A stretch of DNA of 64,000 nucleotides. Origin: Chrysomallon squamiferum (lineage: Eukaryota > Animalia > Mollusca). The translations under genes were made by a program, and so were the position numbers. Positions within the stretch are counted from its first letter, which is position 1. Every line of letters starts with the position of its first letter. The stretch is from contig CM022676.1 of the NCBI GenBank assembly GCA_012295275.1, positions 1,798,001 through 1,862,000 of the forward strand, read 5' to 3'. Positions 13,491 through 27,689 of the stretch are shown here, piece by piece. The notes beneath the pieces are model-generated. The model worked only from the letters and a program-made list of their open reading frames with translations. It was not told the origin of the DNA and did no database searches.

Positions 13491-15013
13491 GCACGCGTGT
13501 ATATGTGTATGTATATTAATGTGTCTGTAAATGTATTGTGTCTGTATTGTATGTGCATGTGTATGAATGTGCGTATTTAATGTGTGTATTTAATATTTCC
13601 TTTTCGAAAGTTTCTGCCTTTTATTTATTTTTTATTCATTTTATTTTATTCTGATATAATTCATGCAGAGATATGTGTATAATCTGTATGTGTGTATGTG
13701 TTTGTGTGCGTGTGTGTATATAATATGCATGTATGTATTTTAGCATCTGAATTTCTCTGTCTTATGTACGTCTGTATGGATGAATGTTTGTGTGAATATA
13801 TAACCATTATATAAAACTATTACCTTTGTGTGTATATATATTTGTATGCGTTTGTGTGTGTATGTATATATAAGTATGCTTGCGTCCATATATGTATATT
13901 TGAATATATGTGTATGTGTGTGTGTGGTTTTGTGTATTTATTTAAGTGTTCTTTCTTCTATTTTCCAGATTTCTTTATACCGATGAAACGGACTTTAAAG
14001 CCGACAACGTCATTCGATTGTTGTACCTTGCCAGGAAGTATGACGTCACTAAACTAGAAAAGAGATGTCTTAACTATCTTGAAACGGAAATGACGAAAGA
14101 AGACGCATGCATCGTTCTCGAAGAAACCCACAATTATAAACAAGACGATTTTACGGAAACGTGTCTGAGATATATTTGGGAAAACGGCGAAGCTGTACTG
14201 AATTCAAAGAGTTTCACAGATCTCTGTCGTGAATGTTTTAGAAAGATAATTGAATCTGATGATCTGAACGCCACTGAGGAGACAGTTTTTCAGTCATGCA
14301 TGAAATGGAGCGAAGCTGAGTGCAGACGACAGGAAAAAGAAATAAAAGCAGAAAACCAACGTGAAATGCTGGGAAAAGAGCTGTACCTCATTCGCTTTCC
14401 TCTTCTCGACTCAAAGTTTTTTCAAAATAAGGTTTTGCCTAAAGATATTTTAATTGATTCTGAAAAATTTGAAACTGTTTCTTTGTATGTCTACCCAGAA
14501 AATGATGTGTCACTTTTCAGCAAACGATGCAGAGTTGGTACAAAAAAGAAGTTAATCAAAATTGACCGATTTACAAATGTTCATTTGAACAGCTTCATTA
14601 GTTTTTGTACCTCCTTGTATGATGTAACAGAATTTAGTTTGGACAGAAGTGCTGCTCTGAAAGGTTTCAGTATTCTCAGTGCTGTAGAAAAGAACAGTTC
14701 TGTTACAATCAAAGCGAGTGTTTGTGAAGTTTCGAAAGATGTGATGGTGCAAGGATCTTCAGTAGATAAAACAATCAACCTGAGTAGTTTAGATATTGAT
14801 TTCTCAAGTCCTTTAGAGCTGAAGAAAAAAACAAAGTACAAACTGATTGTTCAAACACAAGGAAGAGTTACATATCACACAGATGTCAGACAAGGTGAGA
14901 TACGTGAAGGCTTTCTGAAGTGTACATTCTCAGACTACAAATCATGTTCTCACATTCCTACGTCCAAACAAGTCCAAACAAACTTGATATCTCGACTAAA
15001 ATTCCTCGTTTGA
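12842..15013 (+). CDS. BTB/POZ-BACK-PHR-like protein (BTBD3/BTBD6-like CUL3 adaptor), copy 2, intact, 465 aa
   Basis: Exon 1 12842-13194 ([47 protein letters not shown]) and exon 2 13969-15013 ([57 protein letters not shown]). Phase-2 GT-AG intron; 1398 nt uninterrupted. Confidence 0.92.
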
Positions 15014-16524
15014 ATTTGATTTATATTATATTTATAAAATGTTACTGCTGCTTCAATCATACATAGTAAATTCAGATATAAATCATATTATTAATAGCTG
15101 TATTATTAGTAATCTCTATATACACAAACATTCATAAATACACATATATACACATATACACACATAAACAGAGCAGCAGCCAAAAAAAAAAAAAAAAAAA
15201 AAAAAAATGTTATAACACAGAATAATTTGGAAGTTTGAAAAATACAAATGGAAAACTTACGGACGAGGAATTTCACTTTCGTTTCTGTAGAAAATTATTA
15301 TTTTACATTCAGAACAAGAAAGAACATGACTTAACTGACTGAAAACAAGCCCAGATTAACTTTTTGTAAATTAACTTTGCAGTGATCATTTTAATTATTG
15401 TTTTAGATAATAGTTTTATTATTAATTTTATTGTCTCATAATTTATCACTGTTCGTGTGTTACTTTGGAAACATTTATCATAGTAACGTGTCATCTGTGT
15501 GTTTTAATCATGTTTTTACAAAATTGTTTGGTTTAACACCGATTCCGAGATAGATGGAAGAATCAAGAAAAATCACTCTGGGATAATAGCACAAATGATT
15601 TCTCCAGAGTTACATACTGTTTATTTATTTATTTATTTAGAATTATTTTTTAATTTACTTTTATTCGGTTGAAATATGTTTTATGTATTGTCAAAGAGTG
15701 CTGAGAAAAGATTTTCTATACTGTTTTGATTTATTTTTAATTTTTAAATTTTATTTTTTTATTTCGTGACTCTGGACTATAATATTTTTGATCGATAAGG
15801 TAATTAATTAGATTTGCAGTTCGAAAACGATCGAATGAATAGTTATATAAATAAATATGTCTTTAATATAAAATGTTATACTATCCTATGCTATGCTGTG
15901 CTGTGCAATGATATGCTATTCTATGCTATGCGATAGTATACTATGCTATACTATGCTATACTATGCTATACTATGCTATACAATAGTACGTACGGTATAA
16001 TATTAATTAATTATTGTTAAATGTTTACTTTAAAAAAATATAAAATATAATAATAAAATTGCCTTTACATTTTAAAAAGTTACAAACAGCTATTTCTTAA
16101 ATGTATTTTCAGTGCGAATATAAATTTTGTTTTTAATAAATAACTGTTTTATTTTTAAAATTATATTTAAATGTCAGTTTATATTTATAGGCAATAGTAT
16201 AATTATATTTGTTGCTTTTAAAGATTAGGATTCAGTAAATGTTTTTATATATATATTTGTTTTTTTAGATAGACGGATAATGTAATCATAATGTATTTTG
16301 AAAATACACGGTTTTAATTTTTACTTATTTATATTTTCAAATTAGTTCTGTTCAGAAGAAGTATTTTTATTGTTAAAGAGCTCTGAAAAAGTTCTACATT
16401 GTTTTATTTAATTTTTAATTTTTAAAAATTTGATTATTATTATTTTCGTGACTCTTGATTTTAAGATTTTTGATTCATAAGGTAACTGATTACACGTGCA
16501 GCTCTGAAACGTGTGTGTGTGTGC

Positions 16525-16585
<61 letters not shown>

Positions 16586-18845
16586 CGTGTGCGTGTGCGT
16601 GTGTGCGTGTGTGCGTGTGTGTGTGTGTGTGTGCGTGTGTGTGTGTGTATATATATATATATGTCTGTAACATAAAATATTATACTATCCTATACTATAC
16701 TAAACTATAGTACTATGCTATTCTGTACTATGGTATATTATACTATACTATACTGTACTATACTATATTATACTGTGCTACGCTACGCTATACTATACTA
16801 CACAATACTATACTATACTATGCTACACTATACTATATTAAACTATTTATAGACAATAATATAATTACATTTGTTGCTTTTTAAAGCTTAGCATTCAGTA
16901 AATGTTAGCATACATATATTTGTGTGTTAGAGAATGTAATCATAATGTATTGTGAAATAACACGTTTCAGTCGATTTTATTTTTTAGATACGGTTAAAAA
17001 GTATTAGTGGATAATAATCTAAGTTTATTTCTATTATTATTTTATTTTATTATACTATTATTACTCTTTTAATGTTTTGTTTCCTCTCTTTCTCAACGTG
17101 AATTACAATATTTTGTAATAAAGATGTATTTAGATTCGTAAGTTTTAATTGCAGGTAGCAATAATAGTTGTACATTTTAGCTTATTAAAATATTTGCAGA
17201 TAATAACGTACTTTTGTTTGATTTCAAATGTAAATATGAGAAATTTGGTTTTCATTTTAATATAAAAGGTTAGGGATATTTAAATTGATAAATAGACAAA
17301 CAGACAGAAAGACAGAGAGACAGACAGATAGATTACATAGAGAATAGTTTATATAAATACAGTTTGAAAACATCACAAAATTAAAATAACTGAGAAAGAA
17401 CATACTAAATTAAAAAAAAATTAACCAAATAAAAATGAAAGAACCTCAAAAACCGAGGAAAATAACAAAATAATGGGAAGGGGGAAGAAAATAGAGAGAA
17501 AAAACAAAACACCTAAAAAAAGTGACACTTCGATAAATATTATTATTATAAAAATTATGTTCAAAATAAATATCTAATTTCATTACCGATAACTGAAAAT
17601 TAATTTTGTCAAACTCTTCTTAATACTTTAAGGATCAGTGTTTGTGTAAGAGTTATCTTCACTGAAACATTAGCTCACAAAACGCAGGTCAAAGTTCAAG
17701 TGGAAAACTTTTAAAAACACTTAATTACATCAATAATCATCTCAATGGTAAAGTTATTTTTTAATTAGTTTTCATAAAATAAAATTAGGAATAAATTAAG
17801 ATGATATCCACCACTTATCATTATATCTAAAAGTGTAATTTTTAAATTGAAATTAGTATTTATTGTTTTGTTTTCCTGGATACCGCGGGATGTTTACAAG
17901 GAAGTAATTTACAAACAGAACAGACTGCTAAAGGTGAAATTTCTGGAAGGTAAGTTTTTACTTATGTTAGAAACAAAGATCTTTTCCGATTACCGCCTTT
18001 GTCTGTAGATACCTAATAAACATGTCGGATGTGAGGATTATTCTGGATATGAGTATTTAATTTCAATACCATGAAAAATAACTTTCCTTAAGTTTTTTTT
18101 TAATAATTTAATGATCAATGTTTGTACAAGAGTTATCTTCCCTGAAACATCTAGCTCATAAAACGCAGGTCAAAGTTCGGGAAAGTCTGGCTCTGAGTCA
18201 CTCGTAGACCAATGTAGATAATAATAATAATAGTAATAATAATAATAATAATAATCATAGCAGTAGTAGTAGTAATAGTATGGTAGTAGTATAAAGAATC
18301 GAATAAAATCAAATAAAATGAAACAAGATCCCCCTTTCCATGTCAAATGTTCCAGTGGATAACATTTCAAACTAAAAATACTCCATTAAAATTGAAAAGT
18401 GATTTTTAATTTGGTTTTCATAAAAAAAATAAGGAATATATTAAGAAGATAACTACTAATTGATTACATACAGAACAGTCTGCTGAAGGTGACGTTTTCT
18501 CGAAGGTTAATTTGTCTTTGTTTACAAACAAACATTTTTCTGATTTTTCTGTAGATATATTTCGAAACCTAATAGTCTGTTTAAAACAAATACAGTGAAA
18601 GAGTGAATATTTGTTGAAGGTATGCAGTACATTTTGGTTGTATGTATAACGAATAGAGAATTTATATAATGAATTTTTTCACATAGAACAGTGATATCAA
18701 AACATAAGTCGAAAAACGTAAACTGTTAAAACACACAAACACACACACAGAGATACACAGAAGAAGACGTTTCATTGTTTATTTTAAAAATAAATATTCT
18801 GCTTTTCGTTGTTATCATTTTTTTAATTAATTTAGTGATAACAAA

Positions 18846-19056
18846 ATGGCTTCAGAAAAAGCTGAAATTGTGAAAGACGTTTCCACCAAAGGAAAAGTAG
18901 AAGTAGAGAATACTTCCGGTTTTGTTGATGACTGGCAACATGAACGAACTATCCTTGAAAGTCTCCGACATTCTCTCAAGGAAAACATTCTCTGTGACGT
19001 CACATTCATTGTCGGAGAGGACAGGACACGTATCCAAGCTCACAAGTTGATACTCA
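18846..19056 (+). pseudogene. BTB copy 3, truncated within exon 1 by an internal deletion
   Basis: Near-identical to copy 2 from NTSGFVD to AHKLIL, then switches at TCA (19054-19056) into sequence matching the downstream flank at 17224 onward and 8213 onward. Confidence 0.88.
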
Positions 19057-19280
19057 AATGTAAAAATGAGAAATTTGGTTTTCATTTTACTATAAAAGGT
19101 CAGGGATATTTAAATTCATAAATAGGCAAACAGACAGAAAGACAGACAGACAGATAGATTACATAGAGAATATATTAAATAAATACAGTTTGAAAGCATC
19201 ACAAAAATAAAATTCTTTGAAAGTATTTGAAGGAAGCAGTATGAAGAACAATAGATAACATAGATAGATAGAGAGAGAGC

Positions 19281-19461
<181 letters not shown>

Positions 19462-19861
19462 ATTAAAGGGATCTCACTAATAAAAACTGAAAGTAGGTAC
19501 ACTTCACGAGATGTAAACATACGTCTATCAGTATGAACAGCTGAGTTTGTGAATCCTGTCTCTATAGCGTTAAAGGTTTTCTAATTAACAGAACTAAAAC
19601 GACACACAGTGCGAAAACGTACATAAAAAAATCATCACATTCGTTATTTAGCTACAGAACAACTGCTGCGGTAACAAGAAAAAATATTATCAATGTTTGT
19701 TTCTTTGTTTCTTTTTTTTTTTATCTCAGTTTCTGTGACATCGAAAAGGAGAACGGAAAAGAAGATCAATGAAAGGAAGATAACTCCTAACTAGTTTATT
19801 AGTTGCAAGAACAGTTTCAAGTAACAGTTACAAAAATAGTTTATATATTTGGCTGTTTTTC

Positions 19862-19893
<32 letters not shown>

Positions 19894-20924
19894 GGAACCT
19901 TTGAATATTCTGTCCTTGGTCTAACCTGCATGTGCACACTGGAATATATACAAACGAACAGAAGAGACACAAACTCTCTTTTACAGAAATGTATACTCAG
20001 GTTCGCCTAGTCGTGTACAAAGTGCTATACATTATCTCACTTGCATACACACTATGACACACTTAACATTCTCATACTCATAATTTTTTTATATCAAAGT
20101 GCAATAATAATAATGTTCTGAAAGTTTATTTAGGTGTATTAATCTTTGCTTCTCTGTTGTTCTTCTTGTTGTTTTGTTTTTTAATTTGTTCTTGTTTCCC
20201 TCCCCCCCATTACTGTGGCAATATTAATAACATTTCGTTATTTCCCTCCGTCGTGTTGTTATTATTATTAGTAGTATAATAACTCATGTTATACATTCAA
20301 ATACTCTAGCACATTAATTCTCATCTACTGACACATACTTACATTAAACGCATAATACGGGTAATACTCGTATACTCTGACACGTAAATTCTCTCATATT
20401 TGTACATATACTCACACCTGTATACGTACGTTCACATACTCACATATACTCACACTACACACATACACTTACACACACTGTGGTATACGCACTCTCGAAT
20501 ACCCGTACATACTTACACCACATATATACACTTACATATTCAGTCTGCCACATGAACTCTCTCATACTGAAGCATACTCACACCACACACATTCAAATAC
20601 TCACTCTGCCACATGAACTCTCCCATACTCCCATATATATTCATCTACTAATGATCACACCCTAAAATACCCACTCACATACACAAGAACTACACATACA
20701 CTCTTATGCTCACGCATATGCGCATACACTTTAAATTACTCATAGTATGACATGCATACACTGTGATATACATACAACTACCTAGTCTCACATACACACA
20801 CACTATACACATAACCTGACAATGTAACACTATCATATCCTCTCATACACAAAAGTCTATCAGACACACACTCACATAGTCATATTAACACACATACATT
20901 ATAACAACCATATTGAACATAGAT

Positions 20925-21070
20925 GTACTGTGTACAAGTATATATATTGTGATGATAAGGGTGTATCTATTGCGGAAATAAAGATGTATATATCGTGATG
21001 ACAAAGATGTATCTGTTGTGGTAATAAAGACCTATCTAAGGTGATAATAATATATCAGTAATAATAAAGC
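20925..21070. repeat. Degenerate ~23-bp minisatellite; second array at 23513-23640
   Basis: Consensus about TGTATCTGTTGTGGTAATAAAGA, repeated 5-6 times at each site. Confidence 0.7.
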
Positions 21071-21150
21071 TAAAGTTAATAAAAAGTTACTCTAGCCCAG
21101 GGTTAGGTTCCGCCTAGTGAACTGTAGGGGAACAGGTTATTACTGGTTTA

Positions 21151-21435
21151 CTGGCACGTGCAAGAGGAATCCGCTCCACCTTCCTGGCCGAAGGGGAATG
21201 GTTCAGTCCATGTAGGAAGTGCCGAGGGTGCAGCTAAGATAAAGTAGATACAATTGATCTTAGGAATATCGCATAGAAAGACCTTGCAGTCGAGTATAGG
21301 ACCAATCCTGATCTCCAGAGCCATGATCGTAGAGCTGCTGTCTTGTCACTGCTCACATTCAACCAAGTGTAAGACGTCTGGATGGATGTTCTGAACGACA
21401 GATCCGACCTTCCAAGGTTAGAGCCGTTCAGTTGT
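21151..21435 (+). mobile_element. Degenerate MULE/Mutator-like transposase fragment
   Basis: Frame from 21151 reads GIRSTF...CRGC*..LRNIA*KDLAVEYRTNPDLQSHDRRAAVLSLLTFNQV*DVWMDVLNDRSDLPRLEPF. This resembles the MULE segment after GCxFH (R..Q..GL..EY..N......RRAAVLPL.P...V.DVW). Three stop codons. Confidence 0.7.
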
Positions 21436-21651
21436 GTTGTTGTAAGCTGTATGCACAATGCTACTATTGTACTATTATACTGCATTCAGTATAGAAAATA
21501 TTTCTTAAGAAAGTTACAATGCTGTCATGAAATAAAGTGAAAGAGAGAAAGTGCAAAGAAGACAGATTTATGTATATACTTAAAACCCCATGTGTATGTG
21601 TGTATTCCTGTTTTTGTGTGTGTGTATATATATATATACATAACTGTGTGA

Positions 21652-21720
<69 letters not shown>

Positions 21721-23640
21721 AAATGTATATTTAAGTCATCTGTCTTTATTACGTAAGTATAAATAAATCTGATATTTATGTCTGCTGAAATGCAGTTATA
21801 TAAATTATCCATTACCTGTATGATCGAGTATGTGTCTGGCTCATATCATTATCAGATAAGAATATAATATTTACCCTAATCAAATACGTGACCATCATGT
21901 CCTGTGAGGTTCTCAGTTATAGTCACGTGAAAAGTAATGACAACACTTTTTATTTGGGACCTTTTTTCCAGCGATAGAACAGCTGTGTTTGCATTTTTAT
22001 TTGAGTATTTTTTTGAGTGTTATTTTAAATCATTTTTTTTGTTTTTTATTTCATTTTGTTTGATTATTTATTTATTTATTTTCAGTTATGATGTTTACAA
22101 TATTTACAAGCACGCATTAAATAGCCCATCATAAATAGTAAATAAATAAATAAATAAATAAATGAAAAAATACAACAACAACCAATCAGTGAATGAATGA
22201 ATGAATAAATATGTAAGCAAATAAATATAGAAATAAACGAAATTTAAAAATATCTGAGAAAAGCGACAGAAATTTAAAATAATTTACTTTTATTTCAGTT
22301 TTTTAATATATGATGATGATTGTTGTAGTAATTTTTTTTATATTTAATTTTTATTTATTTATTTTTTTTGAGTTAGAACAGCTGCACCATACCGGAAAAT
22401 AATGTATTTGAGTTTTATTTTTTTATTTATTTTTTCATTTTGCTTATTTATTTATTTTAAATTATACTATTATAAATATTTATAAGCACGCATTAGACAT
22501 AATAATAATAATAATAACAATAACACGTTGAACGAACAAATGGATAAATAAATATATAAGGAAATAATTTTTAAAAAAGTAAAAATAGTTTAGAAATAAA
22601 GTTTAAAATTTAGAAAAATGAAAAAGCCAAATTAAAATGAAACACACTGACACACACACAAAAAAAAAAAGAAGAAAAAAGAACAACCCCAAAAAACAAA
22701 CAACAACAACACTACAATAAAAACAATTAAGGAGATTAAATGAAATACATTATTACTGCTTCCACTAGTGCTTCAAAATCGTCTGCTATTGCTACTGCTA
22801 AACTGTTGCTGCTTGTACTACTACTACTACTAATACTATGGAGGTAAATGAGAAAAATATTGCAACAGTAACAGGTCGAAAAAAGAAGAGACAAATTGAA
22901 AAAAATATATAAAAAATAAAAGAAATTTCACCTAAGAAAACTGTCAATTAGAACATTACTATTATGATTAAAATTATGTTTTGATTTCATTACCGATAAC
23001 TGAAAAATAATTTTGTCAAAGGCTTTAAATATCAATGTTTGTATAAGAGTTATCTTCCCTAGCTGATCAAAAGCAGGTCAAAGTGGATAACTTTAAAAAA
23101 TAAATATACTTAATTGAATTAATAATTATCTGAATATTAAAGTGATTTTTAATTTAGTTTTCATAAAATAAAATTAGCAGTCTGTTAAGAAGATAACTAT
23201 TACTTATTATTATATTTAAAAGAGTTCGTTTAAAACTGAAAGTTGTAATTATTGTTCTGTTTTCCTGGAAACCGGGAGATGTTTACTGGGAAGTAATTTA
23301 CATACAACACACACTGCTTAAGGTTAAATTTCTAGAAGGTAAGTTTTTCTTTGTGGTATAAACACAGATTTTTCTTAATACTGATTTTTCTGTCGATACA
23401 TTTCGAAATTTGATTGCTAATTTAAAATAAATACAATGAAATCTTGGTTATTTGTTGAAGGTATGCTGTTCATGTTTTTTTTTTTTTTTTTTTTTGTTTA
23501 TCTTTGTATAGCATGTATCTGTTATGGTAATAAAGATGTATATATTGTGGCAATAAAATTGTATCTGTTGTGGTAGTAAGCATGTGTGTATTTTGGCAAT
23601 AAATATATATATATATATTCGTAATGAAAAGATGTGTATA

Positions 23641-23757
<117 letters not shown>

Positions 23758-24430
23758 ACTGTAGCCTGTACATACCTATTGTTTTATACTGATCTGTCAT
23801 TGTGCCATTCTAACAAATAAGTTAAGACTTAGTGTCTTTCTTTCTTCTTTTTTTTTTTGTATATTAGAATCACTAATAACTTTATTATATCATGGATGTT
23901 TTAGGCCTAATTATTATTAACGTATTTGTTTATTAAACATTACCACTGATGTGAAATGGTTTAGTAAAGGTAATCATAATGACTCGTTTCTTAATTATCA
24001 TTCTATTTTAGAGTTATTTCCCTTAATATGTTTTTTTTGTTGTTGTTGTTTTTTTTTGTTGTTTTTTTATTGTGCCTTTACCTCAAATTAGTTGTGATTT
24101 TATTTTATTATCATTAAATATTTTAAAATTTTATAATGTTGGTTTTTCTTAGTGAAAAAAAGTAATTATATATTTAATTAACGAAACAATTCGACCTGGA
24201 AGAAAGTAAAAGTGAAAATATTTGTTGCATTTTCGAGGAATAAATCGAAGCTCATATATGAGAAAGTAATTTTTATAGCGAACAACGAAATTCCTGTGGC
24301 AAGAAATGAAAATATTATTCAAATTAATTATTTTTTTTATCTTGTTTGTTTGTTTTGGTCACAGAAATCGCTGGTTTAAATTTTGTTTTAAATTATCTAA
24401 CATCGGCATAACTAAAATCTATTATGTTTA

Positions 24431-24461
<31 letters not shown>

Positions 24462-24527
24462 TTTTTTTTTTTTTTTTTTTGCCTGTGTATTCTTATGGCT
24501 GTATCTATTCTATGTATGTGCGTAATT

Positions 24528-24567
<40 letters not shown>

Positions 24568-24617
24568 AAAATAAGTAAATATAAGTTTCTCTTTCAGGAA
24601 TGAATAGGTAAAATAAA

Positions 24618-26146
24618 ATGGAAACAAAAGGAAATTGCGGTTTACCAGACAACTGGCACAAGGGAAAGTCAGTCATAGAATGTCTAAGATTTTCTCTCGA
24701 AAACAAAATTCTCTGTGACGTCATTTTCATTGTTGGACACGAACGGAAACGTATAGAGGCACACAGGCTGATTCTGAGTCTGCGCAGTTCTGTCTTCTAC
24801 CCCATGATGACAGGACTGTTATCAGAACAAAATGATATTTCTATACCAGACATCGAACCTGACATTTTTGAAGCATTTCTTACGTAAGATAATTTTACAA
24901 ACATTTGCTGAAATAATAGGTTTTGAATGTATGTTTCATTTCCCTAATGATATTTTCATACAGTGTTTTCAATTTACTGGTTACTGTCTTTAGATATCAG
25001 TTTTATTCCTGAGCTCATGTCGAATGTTGAAAGAGCATGGCCCACATACGTATACACACGAACATAATTATAATATTTTTGTTACCGATTCCTGTACACT
25101 GATGACGTCATCATTACTGGTAGCAACGTCACTGGATTACTCTATGTGTCGGAAAAAATACGATATCACAGATCTATCAGACAAATGTTTAACCTACATG
25201 AAGTCGTCGTTGACGTTACCTGACGTCTGTGTTGTTCTAGAGCAGGCCCATCTGTATTCTGAAGAGGACTTGATGAAAAATGTCTGACATTTATTTGGAA
25301 GAACGGTGACGATGTCTTGAAGTCAGATACTCTCTGCGATCTTTGTCGTGATTGTTTCAGAAAGGTAATTCATCCCGATGACCTGAACGCCAGCGAGGAG
25401 TCAGTTTTGAAACATCCATGAAGTGGAGTGAAGCTCAATGCAGACGACAACAAAGAGAGATGACTCCACAAAGCAGACGAAAAGTACTCGGCGAAAATCT
25501 GTATCTGATTCGATTTCCTTTGCTTGGCGCAGATTACCTCGACAAGAACGTTTTTCCTACAAAACTGCTATCAGAGTCTGAAGAAATTAAAATTCTTCGA
25601 TTTTTCTTATATCCCAACTGCGATGTTTCTCCTTTTACGTCGAATACGAGATCAAGAACAGTGAGAAACAAGCCTACTCTGATCAGTAGATTTGAACAAT
25701 TCGATCATTATGAAGGACTTCGAAATGGAAAATGTGATGAAGGAATAATGTTCTGGCTGAATACCGATGCTTTATTTCAAGGTTTACAGTTATATGGTAA
25801 CCCGAAGAATTCTTCAGAGAAACACACAGTCAGTGTTTCAGTTTGTGAAATTTCAAGTGATGAAATTGTTTCTGGCACATCACTCTTCGTCACAGTTGCA
25901 GCAAACTATATATTCTATGACGTCAACTTTCCCAGACCCGTGCAACTGAATAAAAACACAAAATATCATTTGATTGTTAGAATTAAGGGTGAAACGTATT
26001 TAAAAGGTAAACAAGGACAATCTACGGTAAGATCGGGTAATTTTATCTGTTCATTTGGTTACTACAAAAAATGCAAACACAGTTCATTGTCGTATGAAAC
26101 TTGTGTTACTGAGGGACAGATTCCGGGATTAAAATTCTTAATTTAA
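24618..26146 (+). pseudogene. BTB-BACK-PHR-like copy 4 (divergent paralog): full-length but frameshifted, acceptor lost
   Basis: Exon 1 24618-24883|GTAAGA. Exon 2 should start at 25088 (FLYTDD) but the acceptor reads TTACCG, not AG. Single-base indels in homopolymers at ~25153-25158 (+A), ~25276-25280 (-A) and ~25405-25408 (-T). C-terminus ends with PHR-type EGQIPGLKFLI*. Confidence 0.8.
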
Positions 26147-26950
26147 ATCATAATTAAACTAGTATTTCATGAAAAAGTTTTGATGACGTGATTGACTGGG
26201 AAGTGATTTCATCTCTAGCATTATAGCTGTTCATGTCATGAGAATTAATTTGTTACGTTGTTAATAAACTAGACTGTTTGCTGTTCTAATTCATTTTAAT
26301 TAGTGAGAAATATTAACACAGTCGCGTTATACCTCCTACCCAGGACAGAGTTAGTGTCTGGGATGGGGTGTGTATAGCGACTGCACGCTACCAGAATGAG
26401 CTGAGTAGGAGATCTGATAACGTTACCTGAAATAAGTAAATAAGTAAATAAATAAATAAATAAATAAATAGATAAAATACGATTAATACAAGAAATAAAA
26501 TAAACTGTTTCATCGTTTGTTTGTTGTTGTTTTTTAATGTGAAAGAAGAGATATTTCTTCAACGATAATAATGTGAATTTCATTACTTATAATACATATC
26601 TGTAGTAAAACCACAGTTTCTGTTGAGTGTTTTAAATTATTATTCACTTTATCAAGTAATTTTTATCAGCAAATTAGATTTTATTTTTTTAATATATTTA
26701 GCTAGTTCTCGTCAACAAGAGTAAAAGTCTACGCGAAATAACAAGAAGAGTGGTAATGTTAGTAGTTTATTTATTTTGCGATTTGACAGCTATGTTACAC
26801 ATTCTTTTAATACTTTTAGTCGGGTGGCTACATTTAGTAGACCCGAGTTCTTGTCGCGGATTAATCCGAAGTTACACGATCTTTTGTACGCGCAACCATA
26901 ATTATCTAGGATTAAGGGGAACGGTCATGTAGTGATGTGCAGCAGGTGCT

Positions 26951-26962
26951 TGTGACGTCACA
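26951..26962. promoter_or_regulatory. Palindromic CRE in a CpG-richer patch; putative distal Dixin promoter
   Basis: TGTGACGTCACA within the CpG-enriched region 26820-27140, upstream of the exon ending at 27689. Confidence 0.5.
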
Positions 26963-27467
26963 GATACTGGACGCAGCTGATCCCGAATCTGACCAGTGTC
27001 CATCGAGTATAGCCATGGTCTCTAAACAGACCAGAGATAGGTGAAAACAAAGGAGTTTGCGCTTGGCTGACATGTCGTCTGCTTCAAGAGAGTGTTGATA
27101 AACAAATCGATAACTACAGCAGACGGCGAAACAGCGAATTATTGGAGAGGTTTAGTGAATGGAAATGGATAATGTATACCTGTTTTACCAACTACCAACT
27201 GAAAGGAGAAAATGTGTATTTTCAAAACGTAGGAATTAATTTATGGAAGGATGCCGTTAAAGAAAACGAAGTAGCTGAAGAATGGACTTGCGATGAAGCC
27301 GAATTCAAAATTCCACCTTTTCGTTCATTAAAAATTAATGAAAAGATTTCTGGCGCGTTTAATCACAAAACGACAAATATTACATTCGAAATCGGCCTCG
27401 GAATCCGAATCAGTTTCGTGCACAGAATTTCGTCACAATCAGTTTTTCGTAAGCTACGGATTTAGCA

Positions 27468-27689
27468 ATGATGTACTCAACCGACCCCCGACTCTCCCCA
27501 CGTGTGATGGTTAATGCTGATCTAACACATTTAAAAATACCAGGAACTAGTTGCATGAATACTGCACTAGTGGTCAATACTTTTCTACAAAACCGGACCG
27601 ACAGTCCTTGTCTTTCTCTCAGGTCAGATTTCTCTAGACATGAAAGTGGAGAAGAGGATATGAGGGTAACACCGGACAGAAACAGAAAG
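27468..27689 (+). CDS. DIXDC1: Putative distal alternative first coding exon of Dixin (74 aa)
   Basis: MMYSTDPRLSPRVMVNADL...TPDRNRK ends at consensus AAG|GTGAGT, phase 0, compatible with the phase-0 exon at 34561. Confidence 0.55.
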
